Under the pieces are notes generated by a model. The model saw only the letters and a program-made list of their open reading frames with translations. It ran no database searches and was not told the DNA's origin. From an uncultured delta proteobacterium (GTDB lineage: Bacteria > Desulfobacterota > Zymogenia > Zymogenales > Zymogenaceae), in assembly GCA_963735595.1 (NCBI GenBank), contig CAVTLK010000001.1:832001-896000 (forward strand): a stretch of 64,000 bases of DNA. Direction: 5' to 3'. Both the position numbers and the translations under genes were made by a program. Positions 52,607 through 62,663 of this stretch are shown piece by piece (within the stretch, counting starts at the first letter, position 1; each line of letters begins with the position of its first letter).

Positions 52607-53956
52607 ATGAAAAATACGACCGACCTGCCCGAAAATCCCATTGACCGACTGAAGGCCCGTGTCCCCTTTCTCTGGGTCAATGACAGGCTGGCGCGCGCCG
52701 GCGACGTGCTGCCCGGCCGCCGGCCCTCGCGCCGCGACCTGGAGGACGCCGCCGCCCGGCTCTCACGCTTCGCCCCCCTGATCGCCCGCCTCTTTCCCGA
52801 GACCGCGAAAGACGGCGGTTTGATCGAGTCCGATCTGGTGTGCGTCCCGAAGCTCAGGGACGAGCTGTCACGACGCTTTTCCGCCGATATCCGGGGAGAT
52901 CTGTGGCTGAAGGCCGATCACGCCCTGCCGGTGGCCGGCTCCGTCAAGGCGCGGGGCGGTGTCTATGAGGTGCTGGCATTCGCCGAACGGCTGGCCGTGC
53001 GCGAGGGGCTCTTTGCCACCTCCGACACGTACCTGAAGCTTGCCTCTCCCGAGATAAGGGGGCTGTTCTCGCGGTATACGATCGCGGTCGGCAGCACCGG
53101 CAACCTCGGGCTCTCCATCGGGATTACGGGGGTTGCACTCGGCTTTTCGGTGACCGTCCACATGTCCCGCGACGCCAAGGAATGGAAAAAACGGCTGCTG
53201 CGCGAAAAAGGGGTTACGGTCGTCGAACACGAGAGCGATTACTCGGCGGCCGTCAGCGCCGGCCGTGCCGCATCCGCCGGCGATCCGTTCACCTACTTCG
53301 TGGATGACGAAAACTCCGTGGACCTTTTCCTCGGATATTCGGTGGCGGCCCTCAGGCTTTCCGATCAATTGCGCGAGCGCGGGATTATTATCGGGCCGCG
53401 GCGGCCGCTGCTGGTTTATGTCCCCTGCGGGGTGGGCGGCGCGCCGGGCGGGATCACCTTCGGCCTCAAGCACGTCTTCGGCGATGATGTCCACTGCTTC
53501 TTCGCCGAGCCCACGGAGTCCCCATCGTTCATGCTGGGGATGCTCACGGGATTCGATCGGCCCGTTCCGGTCTACGAAATCGGCCTTACCAACAGCACCC
53601 AGGCGGACGGCCTGGCCGTCCCTACCGCGTCACTCCTTGCCGGGTCGGTCATCGGGGACCTCGTCTCGGGCTGCCTGACGGTCAGCGACGATGATCTATT
53701 CCGCTTCGTCTATGCCCTGTTTACGACCGAGGGTATCGCCATCGAACCGTCGGCCGCCGCAGGTATCGCCGGCCCCCTTCTCCTCTTTACCCGCGGGCAG
53801 GCATCGGTATATCTCAGCGAGCACGGGATTACCGATTGCCCGGACCGGGCCGTTCACCTCGTCTGGACGACCGGGGGCCGGCTCGTACCGTCCGAACAAT
53901 TCGATGCCTTCATGATTCGCGGAAAGTCACTGTATTCAGGTCACGAAGAACGGTGA
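52607..53956 (+). CDS. dsdA: D-serine ammonia-lyase
   Basis: GSVKARGG, GSTGNLG, FVDDENS, PCGVGGAPGG, ADGLAV, WTTGG. Confidence 0.95.
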   Translation: MKNTTDLPENPIDRLKARVPFLWVNDRLARAGDVLPGRRPSRRDLEDAAARLSRFAPLIARLFPETAKDGGLIESDLVCVPKLRDELSRRFSADIRGDLWLKADHALPVAGSVKARGGVYEVLAFAERLAVREGLFATSDTYLKLASPEIRGLFSRYTIAVGSTGNLGLSIGITGVALGFSVTVHMSRDAKEWKKRLLREKGVTVVEHESDYSAAVSAGRAASAGDPFTYFVDDENSVDLFLGYSVAALRLSDQLRERGIIIGPRRPLLVYVPCGVGGAPGGITFGLKHVFGDDVHCFFAEPTESPSFMLGMLTGFDRPVPVYEIGLTNSTQADGLAVPTASLLAGSVIGDLVSGCLTVSDDDLFRFVYALFTTEGIAIEPSAAAGIAGPLLLFTRGQASVYLSEHGITDCPDRAVHLVWTTGGRLVPSEQFDAFMIRGKSLYSGHEER

Positions 53957-54007
53957 TTGTGCTGCAGGCATTAACACGCGGAAGGCGGCCGTTGCCGTTT
54001 TTCGGGC

Positions 54008-54033
54008 AAAAAAAAGGGGCCTTTCGGCCCCTT
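54008..54033 (-). terminator. intrinsic terminator after tRNA
   Basis: Minus AAGGGGCC-GAAA-GGCCCC followed by T8. Confidence 0.85.
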
Positions 54034-54044
54034 CATTCACATAG

Positions 54045-54121
54045 TGGTGGCGGTGCAGGGAATTGAACCCCGGACACTGCGGATATGAGCCGCATGCTCT
54101 AACCATCTGAGCTACACCGCC
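54045..54121 (-). tRNA. tRNA-Met(CAT), elongator type, CCA encoded
   Basis: GGCGGTGTAGCTCAGATGGTTAGAGCATGCGGCTCATATCCGCAGTGTCCGGGGTTCAATTCCCTGCACCGCCACCA folds as a cloverleaf; G1-C72 paired. Confidence 0.95.
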
Positions 54122-55723
54122 CTAGAAATTCAACTCGTATACCAGGACCCCGCTTTTGGCCGGTATCAGCGCCGTCATCTCCGTCGAATAGACAACCGCC
54201 ACGACCAGCTCATCGATGCCGTCGGAGTCTATATCTTTGACCTGGAAGTCGGCGGTATATCCCTCTATGAGACGTGAGCGCCAGTTCTCGGACATGTTAA
54301 TACCGTCCCACTGGAGGTTATATATTTCGCTGGTCTCATAGAGCCGGAACTTCGGCAGCAGGTTCATGGTCTTGGAGATATTCTTGGGGACAAGCACCTC
54401 CACGACATTATCATGGTTCAGGTCCGTTATCAGAACCCGCCCGGTAATATAGATATCGCCGGTCCCGGCCATATCCGCGCTGACTCCCCCGGGCTTTTTC
54501 TCTTCCTTCTCGGTGGTGCTGAAGTAGTTTAAGGTGCCGCTCCAGTATTCCTTGCTTAACCACCTCACACCGCCGCTCATATCCCTGACCTCGAGATGGT
54601 TACCGCCGGTCACGCGCGCTATTTCGGGCACACCTTCATTGGTAATGTTAGCCGGCAACGTAATCCCGAATACCCCCATTCCCTCGGGAAGATCGACGGT
54701 TGTGCCCTCGACGTAGCCTCCCCTGCTGATCTCGACCCTATGGATGCTTCCGTAGAAGGGTTCGTCCATCCCCATCTTCTGGCACAGGAGGAGCACTTCC
54801 TTACCGGGGAGCTTGAAGGCGCGGAAATAGAGCGGGATATTCTTGTCGATTCGCACAAATTCCTTCTTGGTCGTATCGAATTCCACGACCAGAGAGGCCA
54901 GCCTTCCCTTGTCCACGTTCGTTATGAACACCTCGGCCTTGCCGTTCTTATTCAGATCCAATACATCCAGGGACAGGAAGTTGTTGGCGCCGCGCCCCTT
55001 GAAGTTTGCGAAGAGCTCGAATTCTTCCTTGCCCCGTTTGTAAACCCACAGCTCGTTCCTATCGATCACAATACATTCGTTGACTCCGTCGCCATCAACG
55101 TCACCGACGTCAACCCCCTTTATCTGGATATCCCAGAAGGGGCTCTTGCGGAAGTCGGACTTGCTCATCAGGTCGCGGGTCGCAAAGATAAAATTGGGGT
55201 TTTCAACCTGTTCGCCCATATAACCTGCCACTCCCTCCCTGGGGATATAGCCGAGTATCTTGAAGTTCATGTTCCGGGCAAACTCATTGATCTTCGGGAT
55301 GAGGGCGTCTAACCCGCTGCCCTGCGCGAAGACCGCGGTGGATTGTTCCTTCTTGGCTACGTTGAACATCTTGGCATCAATGGAAAACGCCTCTCCAAGC
55401 TTCGTCAGGGAGCCGAGGATAACGTAATCAGCACCGAGCCTCCTGCCCAGAGATTCGGCATTCTCGACGGTCATCGCGGTCTCGTAGTCTTTCCCGAGGG
55501 CGCGCACGACGGTCGATCGCTCGAGGATTGCTATATTTTCGTCGACAGAGAGGCGGGACGCGATCATATCGTAGATTGCGCCTTCAAGATAGTCGAGTTT
55601 TTCCGGGCTGTTGATCTTGAAGGGAATAATGGCAACCTTGGTCTTATCGGCACCAAAAGCCGCCAGAGGCAGAATCAGGCACACGATGAAAGCCAGGATG
55701 ATTGTTCGCCGGAATATTTTCAT
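54122..55723 (-). CDS. exported protein with N-terminal CsgG/TolB_N-like domain and FG-GAP/VCBS repeats
   Basis: Signal peptide; VAIIPF...GADYVILGS; DVDGDGVNE, DLNKNGKAE, DLNHDNVVE, DIDSDGIDE repeats. Confidence 0.85.
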   Translation of the reverse strand: MKIFRRTIILAFIVCLILPLAAFGADKTKVAIIPFKINSPEKLDYLEGAIYDMIASRLSVDENIAILERSTVVRALGKDYETAMTVENAESLGRRLGADYVILGSLTKLGEAFSIDAKMFNVAKKEQSTAVFAQGSGLDALIPKINEFARNMNFKILGYIPREGVAGYMGEQVENPNFIFATRDLMSKSDFRKSPFWDIQIKGVDVGDVDGDGVNECIVIDRNELWVYKRGKEEFELFANFKGRGANNFLSLDVLDLNKNGKAEVFITNVDKGRLASLVVEFDTTKKEFVRIDKNIPLYFRAFKLPGKEVLLLCQKMGMDEPFYGSIHRVEISRGGYVEGTTVDLPEGMGVFGITLPANITNEGVPEIARVTGGNHLEVRDMSGGVRWLSKEYWSGTLNYFSTTEKEEKKPGGVSADMAGTGDIYITGRVLITDLNHDNVVEVLVPKNISKTMNLLPKFRLYETSEIYNLQWDGINMSENWRSRLIEGYTADFQVKDIDSDGIDELVVAVVYSTEMTALIPAKSGVLVYELNF

Positions 55724-55956
55724 ACCGTTCCCCACAGAGTGTTTGGAAAAACAATTCTTTCTTTGTACCATCCAACCGCTCTAAAGTCAAGCAAATTATG
55801 GGAAACCCGGGCGCGTCCTTCCCCAGGGTCAGCCGTGCGCATCCGGGATGCGCGCATTTCCAGCCTGTCGAGAGATGGTATTTGAGGGATGCCGCCGTGG
55901 CCCAGGCGGTTTCGTACGGTATACGTCATGGATACCATCGTTGATTTGGACCGGCT

Positions 55957-56496
55957 TTACTTCGAGAGCCGCCCCTCAAAAGCACGGGTAAGTATCGGAG
56001 CGAGGAGTCCCGCAATGAGGGCCGATATGCCGGCCTGAGCGAGGTTGAAAGGAAGCTCGGCCGTCGGCGGTGCCCAGTCCAGCCCAAAGATGACGTACTC
56101 GGCGCCGAAATAACCCGCCGCCATCCAGAGCCCGGCGACAACGAAAGACCCGAAGGCCAACAGCGCGCCGGGCGCCGTCTTGGGGTCGGCCCGAAACACG
56201 CGGATCAACAGGCCGGCGATCAATCCCTCGATGCCCTTGATGACGAGCGTCCAGGGAGCAAACTGGGCAAATCCCCCGATAACGTCGGCCAGCGCCGACC
56301 CCACTCCGCCCACGACCATTCCGGAAACGGGCCCCAGGAGGACTGACGTAATGAAGATGATCGTATCCCCCAGGTTAAAGTAGCCACCCGTTGCCGGGAT
56401 CGGGAGCCGGACGACGATCGTCGCCACGACGACGAGGGCGCAAAAAAGGGCCAGCAGTGAAATGTTCCTGGGAGACAGGTAGTGTTGCTTTTTCAT
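55957..56496 (-). CDS. ECF transporter S component
   Basis: PIPATGGYFNLGD, GSALAD, PWTLVIKG, NLAQ. Confidence 0.9.
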   Translation of the reverse strand: MKKQHYLSPRNISLLALFCALVVVATIVVRLPIPATGGYFNLGDTIIFITSVLLGPVSGMVVGGVGSALADVIGGFAQFAPWTLVIKGIEGLIAGLLIRVFRADPKTAPGALLAFGSFVVAGLWMAAGYFGAEYVIFGLDWAPPTAELPFNLAQAGISALIAGLLAPILTRAFEGRLSK

Positions 56497-56705
56497 CGGA
56501 TTATACCTTCAGAGCCAGTGGAAATGATGATATCCATCGCGCCTATGGAGCGATAGTATAGTATAATACTCCGTACCTGAAAAGATATTTAGTTCGTCCG
56601 CCGGCAAACCGGGCGTGGGGTACAGGCGGCAAACCGCGAAAAAAAACGGCGTCCAACAGGAACCGCCGACAAGATAACTCCCCCCGGAAGGACGAACGGC
56701 CGATA

Positions 56706-56939
56706 CTACGCGTACCCGCGTTCCTTTTCCACCACCCGAATCGCGATGAGGCCGATGTAGAGGTCGCGCATCTCGGATATCGACACGACCTTCATGGCGG
56801 TGCGGACCCCGATGCCCCTGACCACCTGATCCTTGAACATGCAGATATCCGACGGCCCGAAACCGGCCAACTCATCCACCTTGGTAAGGATCTCCTGATG
56901 GTTGATTCGGATGAAGTTCTTGAGGTTTTGCGTCTTCAT
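56706..56939 (-). CDS. small hypothetical protein
   Basis: 77-aa ORF with GGAG upstream, genome-typical codons and a hairpin plus T8 downstream (about 56639-56668). Confidence 0.55.
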   Translation of the reverse strand: MKTQNLKNFIRINHQEILTKVDELAGFGPSDICMFKDQVVRGIGVRTAMKVVSISEMRDLYIGLIAIRVVEKERGYA

Positions 56940-57060
56940 GGTCTGCTATAGCTCCGATGGCTACTGGAGTTACTATATCATATACGGCATCTTCATTCAA
57001 TGAATAAATCGTATCATTTGTATCATATGGGGGCACCCATTTGCCGGCCCCGCAAACATC

Positions 57061-57089
57061 TTGAAAATCGGCCGCCGTTCTGGTACCCT
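57061..57089 (+). promoter_or_regulatory. putative promoter giving a leaderless helicase mRNA
   Basis: TTGAAA-17nt-TACCCT with TGn extension; ATG follows 6 nt after the -10; no SD. Confidence 0.45.
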
Positions 57090-57095
57090 TATTGA

Positions 57096-59066
57096 ATGAA
57101 GAAGTATATCCTGAAGAAGGCCGAAACGGGACCCGCCCCCTCGTTTACCATCCCGTATGAAAAGGAGCTAAACGAACACCAGCTTTCGGCCGTCACGTTC
57201 GGCGGCGGCCCCAGCCTCGTTATCGCCGGTGCCGGCAGCGGCAAGACCCGCACGCTCGTCTACCGGGTCGCCCGGCTTATCGAATCGGGGGTCTCGCCCG
57301 CTTCCATCCTCCTGTTGACCTTCACCCGCAAGGCCGCCCGCCAGATGCTCGACCGGGCGGCGGCCCTGGTGGGGGGGCAGACCGAGAAGGTCGCCGGCGG
57401 CACCTTTCATTCGTTTGCCTCCCAGATCCTCAGGGAATATGCCGGGGCCGTCGGCTTTTCGGCCTCGTTTACGATCCTCGACCGCGCCGACGGGGAGGAC
57501 ATCATCAACCTCATCCGGGGAAGGCTCGGGCTTGCCGACCGCGAGCGGCGTTTTCCAAGGAAAGATACCATCGGCGAGATCTTCAGCAAGGCGGTCAACC
57601 GCGCCGTACCCGTGGCCTCCGTTGTCAGCCAGGAATACCCCCACTTCTCCCACGAGACGGAAAAGCTCCTGGAGATACTGGCCGCCTATACCGAGTATAA
57701 ACAGGCCCACATGCTCATGGACTACGACGACCTGCTGGTCCACCTCGTCAGGCTCCTCGATGGACACGAGGGCATCCGGGAGACGCTCGCGAAGCGGTTT
57801 CGATACATCCTCGTCGACGAGTACCAGGATACCAACGGCCTGCAGGCCCGGATCGTCGAGCTTCTGGCCGGCGGCGCCGGCAACGTCATGGCGGTCGGGG
57901 ACGATTCGCAGAGCATCTATTCGTTCCGGGGGGCCCATTTCAAGAACATCATGGATTTCCCGACCCTCTTTCCGAACGCCTCGGTTATCAAGCTCGAGGA
58001 AAACTACCGGAGCACCCAGTCGATCCTCAACCTGGCAAACGTCATCATAGACCGCGCCCGGGAGAAATATACGAAGATCCTCTGGACCAAAAAGGGCGTC
58101 GGGATGCTGCCGGCCCTCGTGCCGCTGCCGGACGAGCCGTCCCAGTCGCGGTTCGTCGCCCAGCGGATACTCGACCTCAGGGAGGAAGGGGTGCCGCTGA
58201 CCGATATCTGTGTGCTGTTCCGGGCGGGCTTTAACTCCTTTGACCTGGAAATAGAGCTCAAGAAACGCAACATCCCCTTCATCAAGCACGGCGGGTTCAA
58301 GTTCATGGAGACGGCGCACGTCAAGGACATCGTCTCCCACATCAAGGTGCTCATCAATCCCAGGGATGCGGTCGGGCTGAAACGGGTATTGATGCTGGTG
58401 GAAAACGTCGGGCCGCGTGCCGAAGAGGCCATCACGGCTTCGATCCTCGACGCCCCCGGCATAACCGACGGCCTTGCCCCGTTCATCGGCGACCGGCGGT
58501 TCGGGGAGGGGATCGGCCGGCTCTCCCGGGCGCTGGCCTCCCTGGAAGGCCGTGACGTCGGCCCCGCCGAGGCCGTGGAGCGGCTCCTGGATTATTACAC
58601 CCCCATCGCCAAGAAGAGGTACGACGACCACCCCAAGCGGCTGGAAGACCTCGATCATCTGGCGATCATCGCCCGTAAGTACCGGTCGATCGAGTCGTTC
58701 CTGACCGACATGGCGCTCGAGCCGCCGTCCGACAGCATCTCCGATATACTCCGGGAGGACCCCGACCCGGAGCGGCTCATCCTCTCCACGATCCATTCGG
58801 CCAAGGGGCTCGAATGGCATTCGGTCTTTATCATCTGGGCGGCGGAGGGTTATTTTCCCACCACCTACGCGGCCGAATCGGCCGACGACCTGGAAGAGGA
58901 GCTGCGCCTCATGTACGTCGCGGCCACGCGGGCAAAGGAAAACCTTACGATCACCTACCCCATAAAGATCATCACCCACCGCGGCCCGGCGTTCGGCCGC
59001 CCCTCCCGGTTCATCGAGGGGATCGGCGAGGATATCCTGGAGACCTGGGCCGTGGAGGAGGAGTAA
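57096..59066 (+). CDS. UvrD/PcrA/Rep family ATP-dependent helicase
   Basis: AGAGSGKT, TFT.KAA, VDEYQDTN, GDDSQSIY.FRGA, NYRS, TIHSAKGLEW, YVAATRA. Confidence 0.95.
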   Translation: MKKYILKKAETGPAPSFTIPYEKELNEHQLSAVTFGGGPSLVIAGAGSGKTRTLVYRVARLIESGVSPASILLLTFTRKAARQMLDRAAALVGGQTEKVAGGTFHSFASQILREYAGAVGFSASFTILDRADGEDIINLIRGRLGLADRERRFPRKDTIGEIFSKAVNRAVPVASVVSQEYPHFSHETEKLLEILAAYTEYKQAHMLMDYDDLLVHLVRLLDGHEGIRETLAKRFRYILVDEYQDTNGLQARIVELLAGGAGNVMAVGDDSQSIYSFRGAHFKNIMDFPTLFPNASVIKLEENYRSTQSILNLANVIIDRAREKYTKILWTKKGVGMLPALVPLPDEPSQSRFVAQRILDLREEGVPLTDICVLFRAGFNSFDLEIELKKRNIPFIKHGGFKFMETAHVKDIVSHIKVLINPRDAVGLKRVLMLVENVGPRAEEAITASILDAPGITDGLAPFIGDRRFGEGIGRLSRALASLEGRDVGPAEAVERLLDYYTPIAKKRYDDHPKRLEDLDHLAIIARKYRSIESFLTDMALEPPSDSISDILREDPDPERLILSTIHSAKGLEWHSVFIIWAAEGYFPTTYAAESADDLEEELRLMYVAATRAKENLTITYPIKIITHRGPAFGRPSRFIEGIGEDILETWAVEEE

Positions 59067-59145
59067 CCGCGCGTGTGAAACCCGGGGCGCCGCCGCGGCC
59101 CCCGTACGGCGAGCTAACGAACCGTCCCCGCACCCGGAGGAGCGC

Positions 59146-60705
59146 ATGAAAGACGATCTCTCAACCACGCTTCCGAGCCTGACCGTCTCGGACCGGCCCC
59201 TTTCGGCCGTGGACACGCCCGCGCTTGTGATCGGCCTGTTCGGAAAGACCCGCGACCTTACCCCGGCCGTGAAAGCCCTGGACGAGGCCGTCGGCGGGAA
59301 GATCACGGCGGTCGTCGATTCCGGCGATTTTTCGGGCAAGACCGACGAGACGGCGCTGCTCTACCTCGATGCCTCCGGCGGTCCCCGGCGGATATGCCTT
59401 GCGGGGCTCGGAAAACGGGAGCGGTTCGGCCCCGGGCGTTTGAAGTCGGCGGCGGCCGCCGCCGCCAGGCGCCTCAAGGGCCTCGGGGTCGGCACGATCG
59501 CGCTTGCGTACGACCTGGCGGCCGACACCGGCCTTCCCGGGCCTGACGCGGCCCGCGAGGTGTTTATCGGCGCCGCCCTCGGGGCCTACTCCTTTTCGGC
59601 ACTCAAGAAGAACGGGGACAAGAAAAAGGCCGTCGACCGGATCGTCATCTGCGGCGACCCGTCCGTCATGGCCGACGGCCCGCGCCACGGCCGTATCATC
59701 GCCGATTCGGTCTACCTGGCCCGCGACCTCTCCAACACCCCGGCAAACCTCATGACGCCGACGATCCTGGCCGGCCGGGCGCGCGAGGCCGCCGGGAAGG
59801 CCGGGCTGGCCGTTGAGGTCTTCGGCCCCGACGAGATCGCCCGCCTCAAGATGGGCGCGCTCCTGGGCGTGGCCCGGGGAAGCGCCGAGCCGCCCGCCCT
59901 GGTCGTGATTAAGTACCTGCCGGCGGGCCACGAAAAGGACCCAATCGCCCTGGTCGGCAAGGGGATCACGTTCGACAGCGGCGGGATATCGATCAAGCCG
60001 GCCGAGAACATGGGCGCGATGAAGAGCGACATGAGCGGCGCCGCGGCGGTGTTAGCGGCCGTGGCCGCGGCCGCCCGCATGAAGCTCCCGGTCGGCATCG
60101 TCGCCGTGATCCCCGCCGCCGAAAACATGCCGGGGCCGGCCGCCACCAAGCCGGGCGACGTGCTCACCGCCATGGACGGCACCACAATCGAGGTCATCAC
60201 CACCGACGCGGAGGGGAGGCTCGTCCTGGCCGACGGTATCGCGTACGCCAAACGGTTTGACCCCGCGTTCATCCTGGACATCGCCACGCTTACGGGGTCG
60301 GTCGTCATCGCGCTGGGCCGGCGGGTCGCGGGCCTCTACTCGTCGACCGACGACCTTCTCGAACGCGTCCGGGAGGCCTCCCGCGCCGCGGGAGAAGACG
60401 TCTGGCCGATGCCGCTGTTTGACCACTACTTCGAGCAGATCAAGGGGGACGTCGCCGACCTCAAGAACGCCGGGAGCCGGGATGGCGGCAGCATCACCGC
60501 CGCGGCCTTTCTCAAGCGGTTCGCCGGAGAAGCGGTCCCCTGGGCGCACCTGGATATCGCCGGGACCGCCCGCTCCGATAAGGAGTACGGCTGGGTGACC
60601 AAGGGCGCCACCGGTTGGGGCGTCATGACCCTCGTCGAGCTGTTGGAGCGCCACCGGCCGGGCACGGGTCAGCGCCCCAAAAATCACGATCGAATGAAAA
60701 AGTGA
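59146..60705 (+). CDS. pepA: leucyl aminopeptidase (M17)
   Basis: GKGITFDSGG, MKSDMSG, TDAEGRL, ATLTG, HLDIAG. Confidence 0.95.
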   Translation: MKDDLSTTLPSLTVSDRPLSAVDTPALVIGLFGKTRDLTPAVKALDEAVGGKITAVVDSGDFSGKTDETALLYLDASGGPRRICLAGLGKRERFGPGRLKSAAAAAARRLKGLGVGTIALAYDLAADTGLPGPDAAREVFIGAALGAYSFSALKKNGDKKKAVDRIVICGDPSVMADGPRHGRIIADSVYLARDLSNTPANLMTPTILAGRAREAAGKAGLAVEVFGPDEIARLKMGALLGVARGSAEPPALVVIKYLPAGHEKDPIALVGKGITFDSGGISIKPAENMGAMKSDMSGAAAVLAAVAAAARMKLPVGIVAVIPAAENMPGPAATKPGDVLTAMDGTTIEVITTDAEGRLVLADGIAYAKRFDPAFILDIATLTGSVVIALGRRVAGLYSSTDDLLERVREASRAAGEDVWPMPLFDHYFEQIKGDVADLKNAGSRDGGSITAAAFLKRFAGEAVPWAHLDIAGTARSDKEYGWVTKGATGWGVMTLVELLERHRPGTGQRPKNHDRMKK

Positions 60706-60753
60706 TTGACATTCACCTCGTTTTTCTCTATAAGTCGGTATAAAGTATACCGA
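60706..60753 (+). promoter_or_regulatory. promoter plus palindromic operator upstream of the acyl-CoA ligase
   Basis: TTGACA-17nt-TATAAG, then TCGGTATA-AAG-TATACCGA (60735-60753). Confidence 0.7.
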
Positions 60754-60881
60754 TCGTCCGGGCTCACCCGGTTACCTCTCACCTCCCCGAACCGCCGGTT
60801 GCCGCTTGTTTTTCCCCGTCGTCCCGCTGACGATCGGACGCTCATATTTTTCATTCCACGATACCCATAAGGGAGGACTTA

Positions 60882-62558
60882 ATGAAAGACAAGCTATGGT
60901 TCAAATCGTACGCCCCCGGTGTCCCCAAGACCATCAACTACGAGAAGTTGCTGGTGAGCGAGGCCCTGACCCGATCCGCCAAGAAGTACCCCAACAATAC
61001 CGCCTTGAACTACATGGGGAACCGGATTACCTATAAGCAGCTTGACGGCATGGTCAACCAGTTTGCCAAGGCCCTCACGGCCCTCGGCGTGAAGAAGGGC
61101 GACAAGGTCGCGGTATGCCTCCCGAACCTCCCTCAGACGGTCATCGCCAACTTCGCGACCCTGCGCATCGGCGCGGTAGCCGCCCAGAATAACCCGCTCT
61201 ATACCGAGCGCGAGCTCCAGTACCAGCTCAACGATTCGGACGCCAAGGTCGTCATTACCCTGACGCTGTTGGTCCCCCGGATGGAAAAGATCATGAGCGG
61301 CACGAAGATCAAGAAGATCATCGGCTGCCACATCCACAGCTACCTCCCCTTCCCGAAAAAGCAGCTCTTCCCCTACGTCAAGAAGGCGATGGTGAAAAAC
61401 CTCGAAACGAGCGACACCATCATCCTGTTTGAGGACCTCATCAAGAAGTACGACACCTCGCCGGTGAAAGAGCAGGGAAAATGGGATGAGCTCTCAACCC
61501 TCATCTATACCGGCGGCACAACCGGCGTCGCAAAGGGGGTCATGCTCTCCCACAAGAACATCAGCTGCAACGTCCAGCAGTTCATCTCCTGGTTCACGGA
61601 CCTCGAGGAGGGCAAGGAGCGGCTCGTGGGGACGTTTCCGATCTTCCACTCGGCGGGCTACACGGCCGTCCAGAACTTCTTTACCTGGATGGGCTTCGAG
61701 CACCTGATGATACCCCGCCCCGAGCCCAAGGCGCTCATCGACCTGATCAAGAAATACAAACCCACCTTCATCCCCGGCGCCCCGACGATCTTCGTAGGGC
61801 TGCTGGCGGAACCTGAGTTCCGTAAACTGAACCTCAAGTTCGTCAAGGGGTTCTTCTCCGGCGCGGCGCCGCTGGCCGCCGATACCATCCGCGACCTCAA
61901 GGAGCTGACCGGCGCCACCATCTGCGAAGTCTACGGCTCCACCGAGACCACCCCGATTGCCACCGTCACCCCCTGGGGCGGGACGATCAAGCCGGGCACG
62001 GTCGGCATACCCGTTCCGGATACCGACGTGAAAATCGTGGACGCCGATGACTATAAAAAGGAAGTGAAACAGGGCCAGACCGGCGAGATCGCCATCAAGG
62101 GCCCCCAGATCATGATGGGTTACTACAAGAAGCCCGAGGAGACGGCCAAGGTCCTCAAGGACGGCTGGTACCTGACGGGCGATATCGGCATGTTCGATGA
62201 GGACGGCTACCTCTCGGTCGTCGACCGCAAGAAGGACATGATCATCGCCGCCGGCTACAACATCTACCCCATCGAGGTGGATAACGTCCTGTTCTCCCAC
62301 CCTGCCATCCTCGAGGCCTGCACCGTGGGCGTAAAGGACCCCTACCGCGGCGAGACGGTCAAGGCCTTCGTCGTGTGCAAGCCGGGCCAGGCCCTCACGG
62401 AGGCCGACGTCGTCGCGTTCTGCAAGCAGAACCTCGCGGCCTACAAGATCCCGCGGATCGTCGAGTTCATCCCCGAGCTCCCCAAGACCGCCGTTGGCAA
62501 GGTCCTGAGACGCGAGCTGCGCGACCGCGAGGACAAGAAGAACGCGGGCACGAAGTAA
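60882..62558 (+). CDS. fadD: long-chain fatty acid--CoA ligase
   Basis: YTGGTTGVAKG, YGSTE, TGDIG, DRKKDMI, PKTAVGK. Confidence 0.9.
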   Translation: MKDKLWFKSYAPGVPKTINYEKLLVSEALTRSAKKYPNNTALNYMGNRITYKQLDGMVNQFAKALTALGVKKGDKVAVCLPNLPQTVIANFATLRIGAVAAQNNPLYTERELQYQLNDSDAKVVITLTLLVPRMEKIMSGTKIKKIIGCHIHSYLPFPKKQLFPYVKKAMVKNLETSDTIILFEDLIKKYDTSPVKEQGKWDELSTLIYTGGTTGVAKGVMLSHKNISCNVQQFISWFTDLEEGKERLVGTFPIFHSAGYTAVQNFFTWMGFEHLMIPRPEPKALIDLIKKYKPTFIPGAPTIFVGLLAEPEFRKLNLKFVKGFFSGAAPLAADTIRDLKELTGATICEVYGSTETTPIATVTPWGGTIKPGTVGIPVPDTDVKIVDADDYKKEVKQGQTGEIAIKGPQIMMGYYKKPEETAKVLKDGWYLTGDIGMFDEDGYLSVVDRKKDMIIAAGYNIYPIEVDNVLFSHPAILEACTVGVKDPYRGETVKAFVVCKPGQALTEADVVAFCKQNLAAYKIPRIVEFIPELPKTAVGKVLRRELRDREDKKNAGTK

Positions 62559-62580
62559 CCGCCGCATAACAGAGTTGTAT

Positions 62581-62619
62581 AACAAAGCGGGTATTGGAAA
62601 ACCAATACCCGCTTTGTTT
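62581..62619. terminator. 17-bp perfect hairpin, probable terminator
   Basis: AACAAAGCGGGTATTGG-AAAA-CCAATACCCGCTTTGTT. Confidence 0.75.
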
Positions 62620-62663
62620 CTTATATACGGATGCCGCGTGTGGTGTCCCTGCGACGTCATACC

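Noticed and set aside
55724..55956. Possible ncRNA or tRNA-Sec in the intergenic region
   Set aside because: Only one GC hairpin (GCGCATCC/GGATGCGC); no cloverleaf or recognisable motif
56601..56652. Two GGCAAACC motifs suggesting a c-di-GMP-I riboswitch
   Set aside because: No GNRA-capped P2 or CGCAAAG block; better explained by a minus-strand terminator
57168..59339. 723-aa antisense ORF and other long shadow ORFs (e.g. 30296-31504, 31458-32858, 61494-62708, 62631-63842)
   Set aside because: They lie opposite well-supported genes, have no motifs, and are expected in GC-rich DNA with biased codon use
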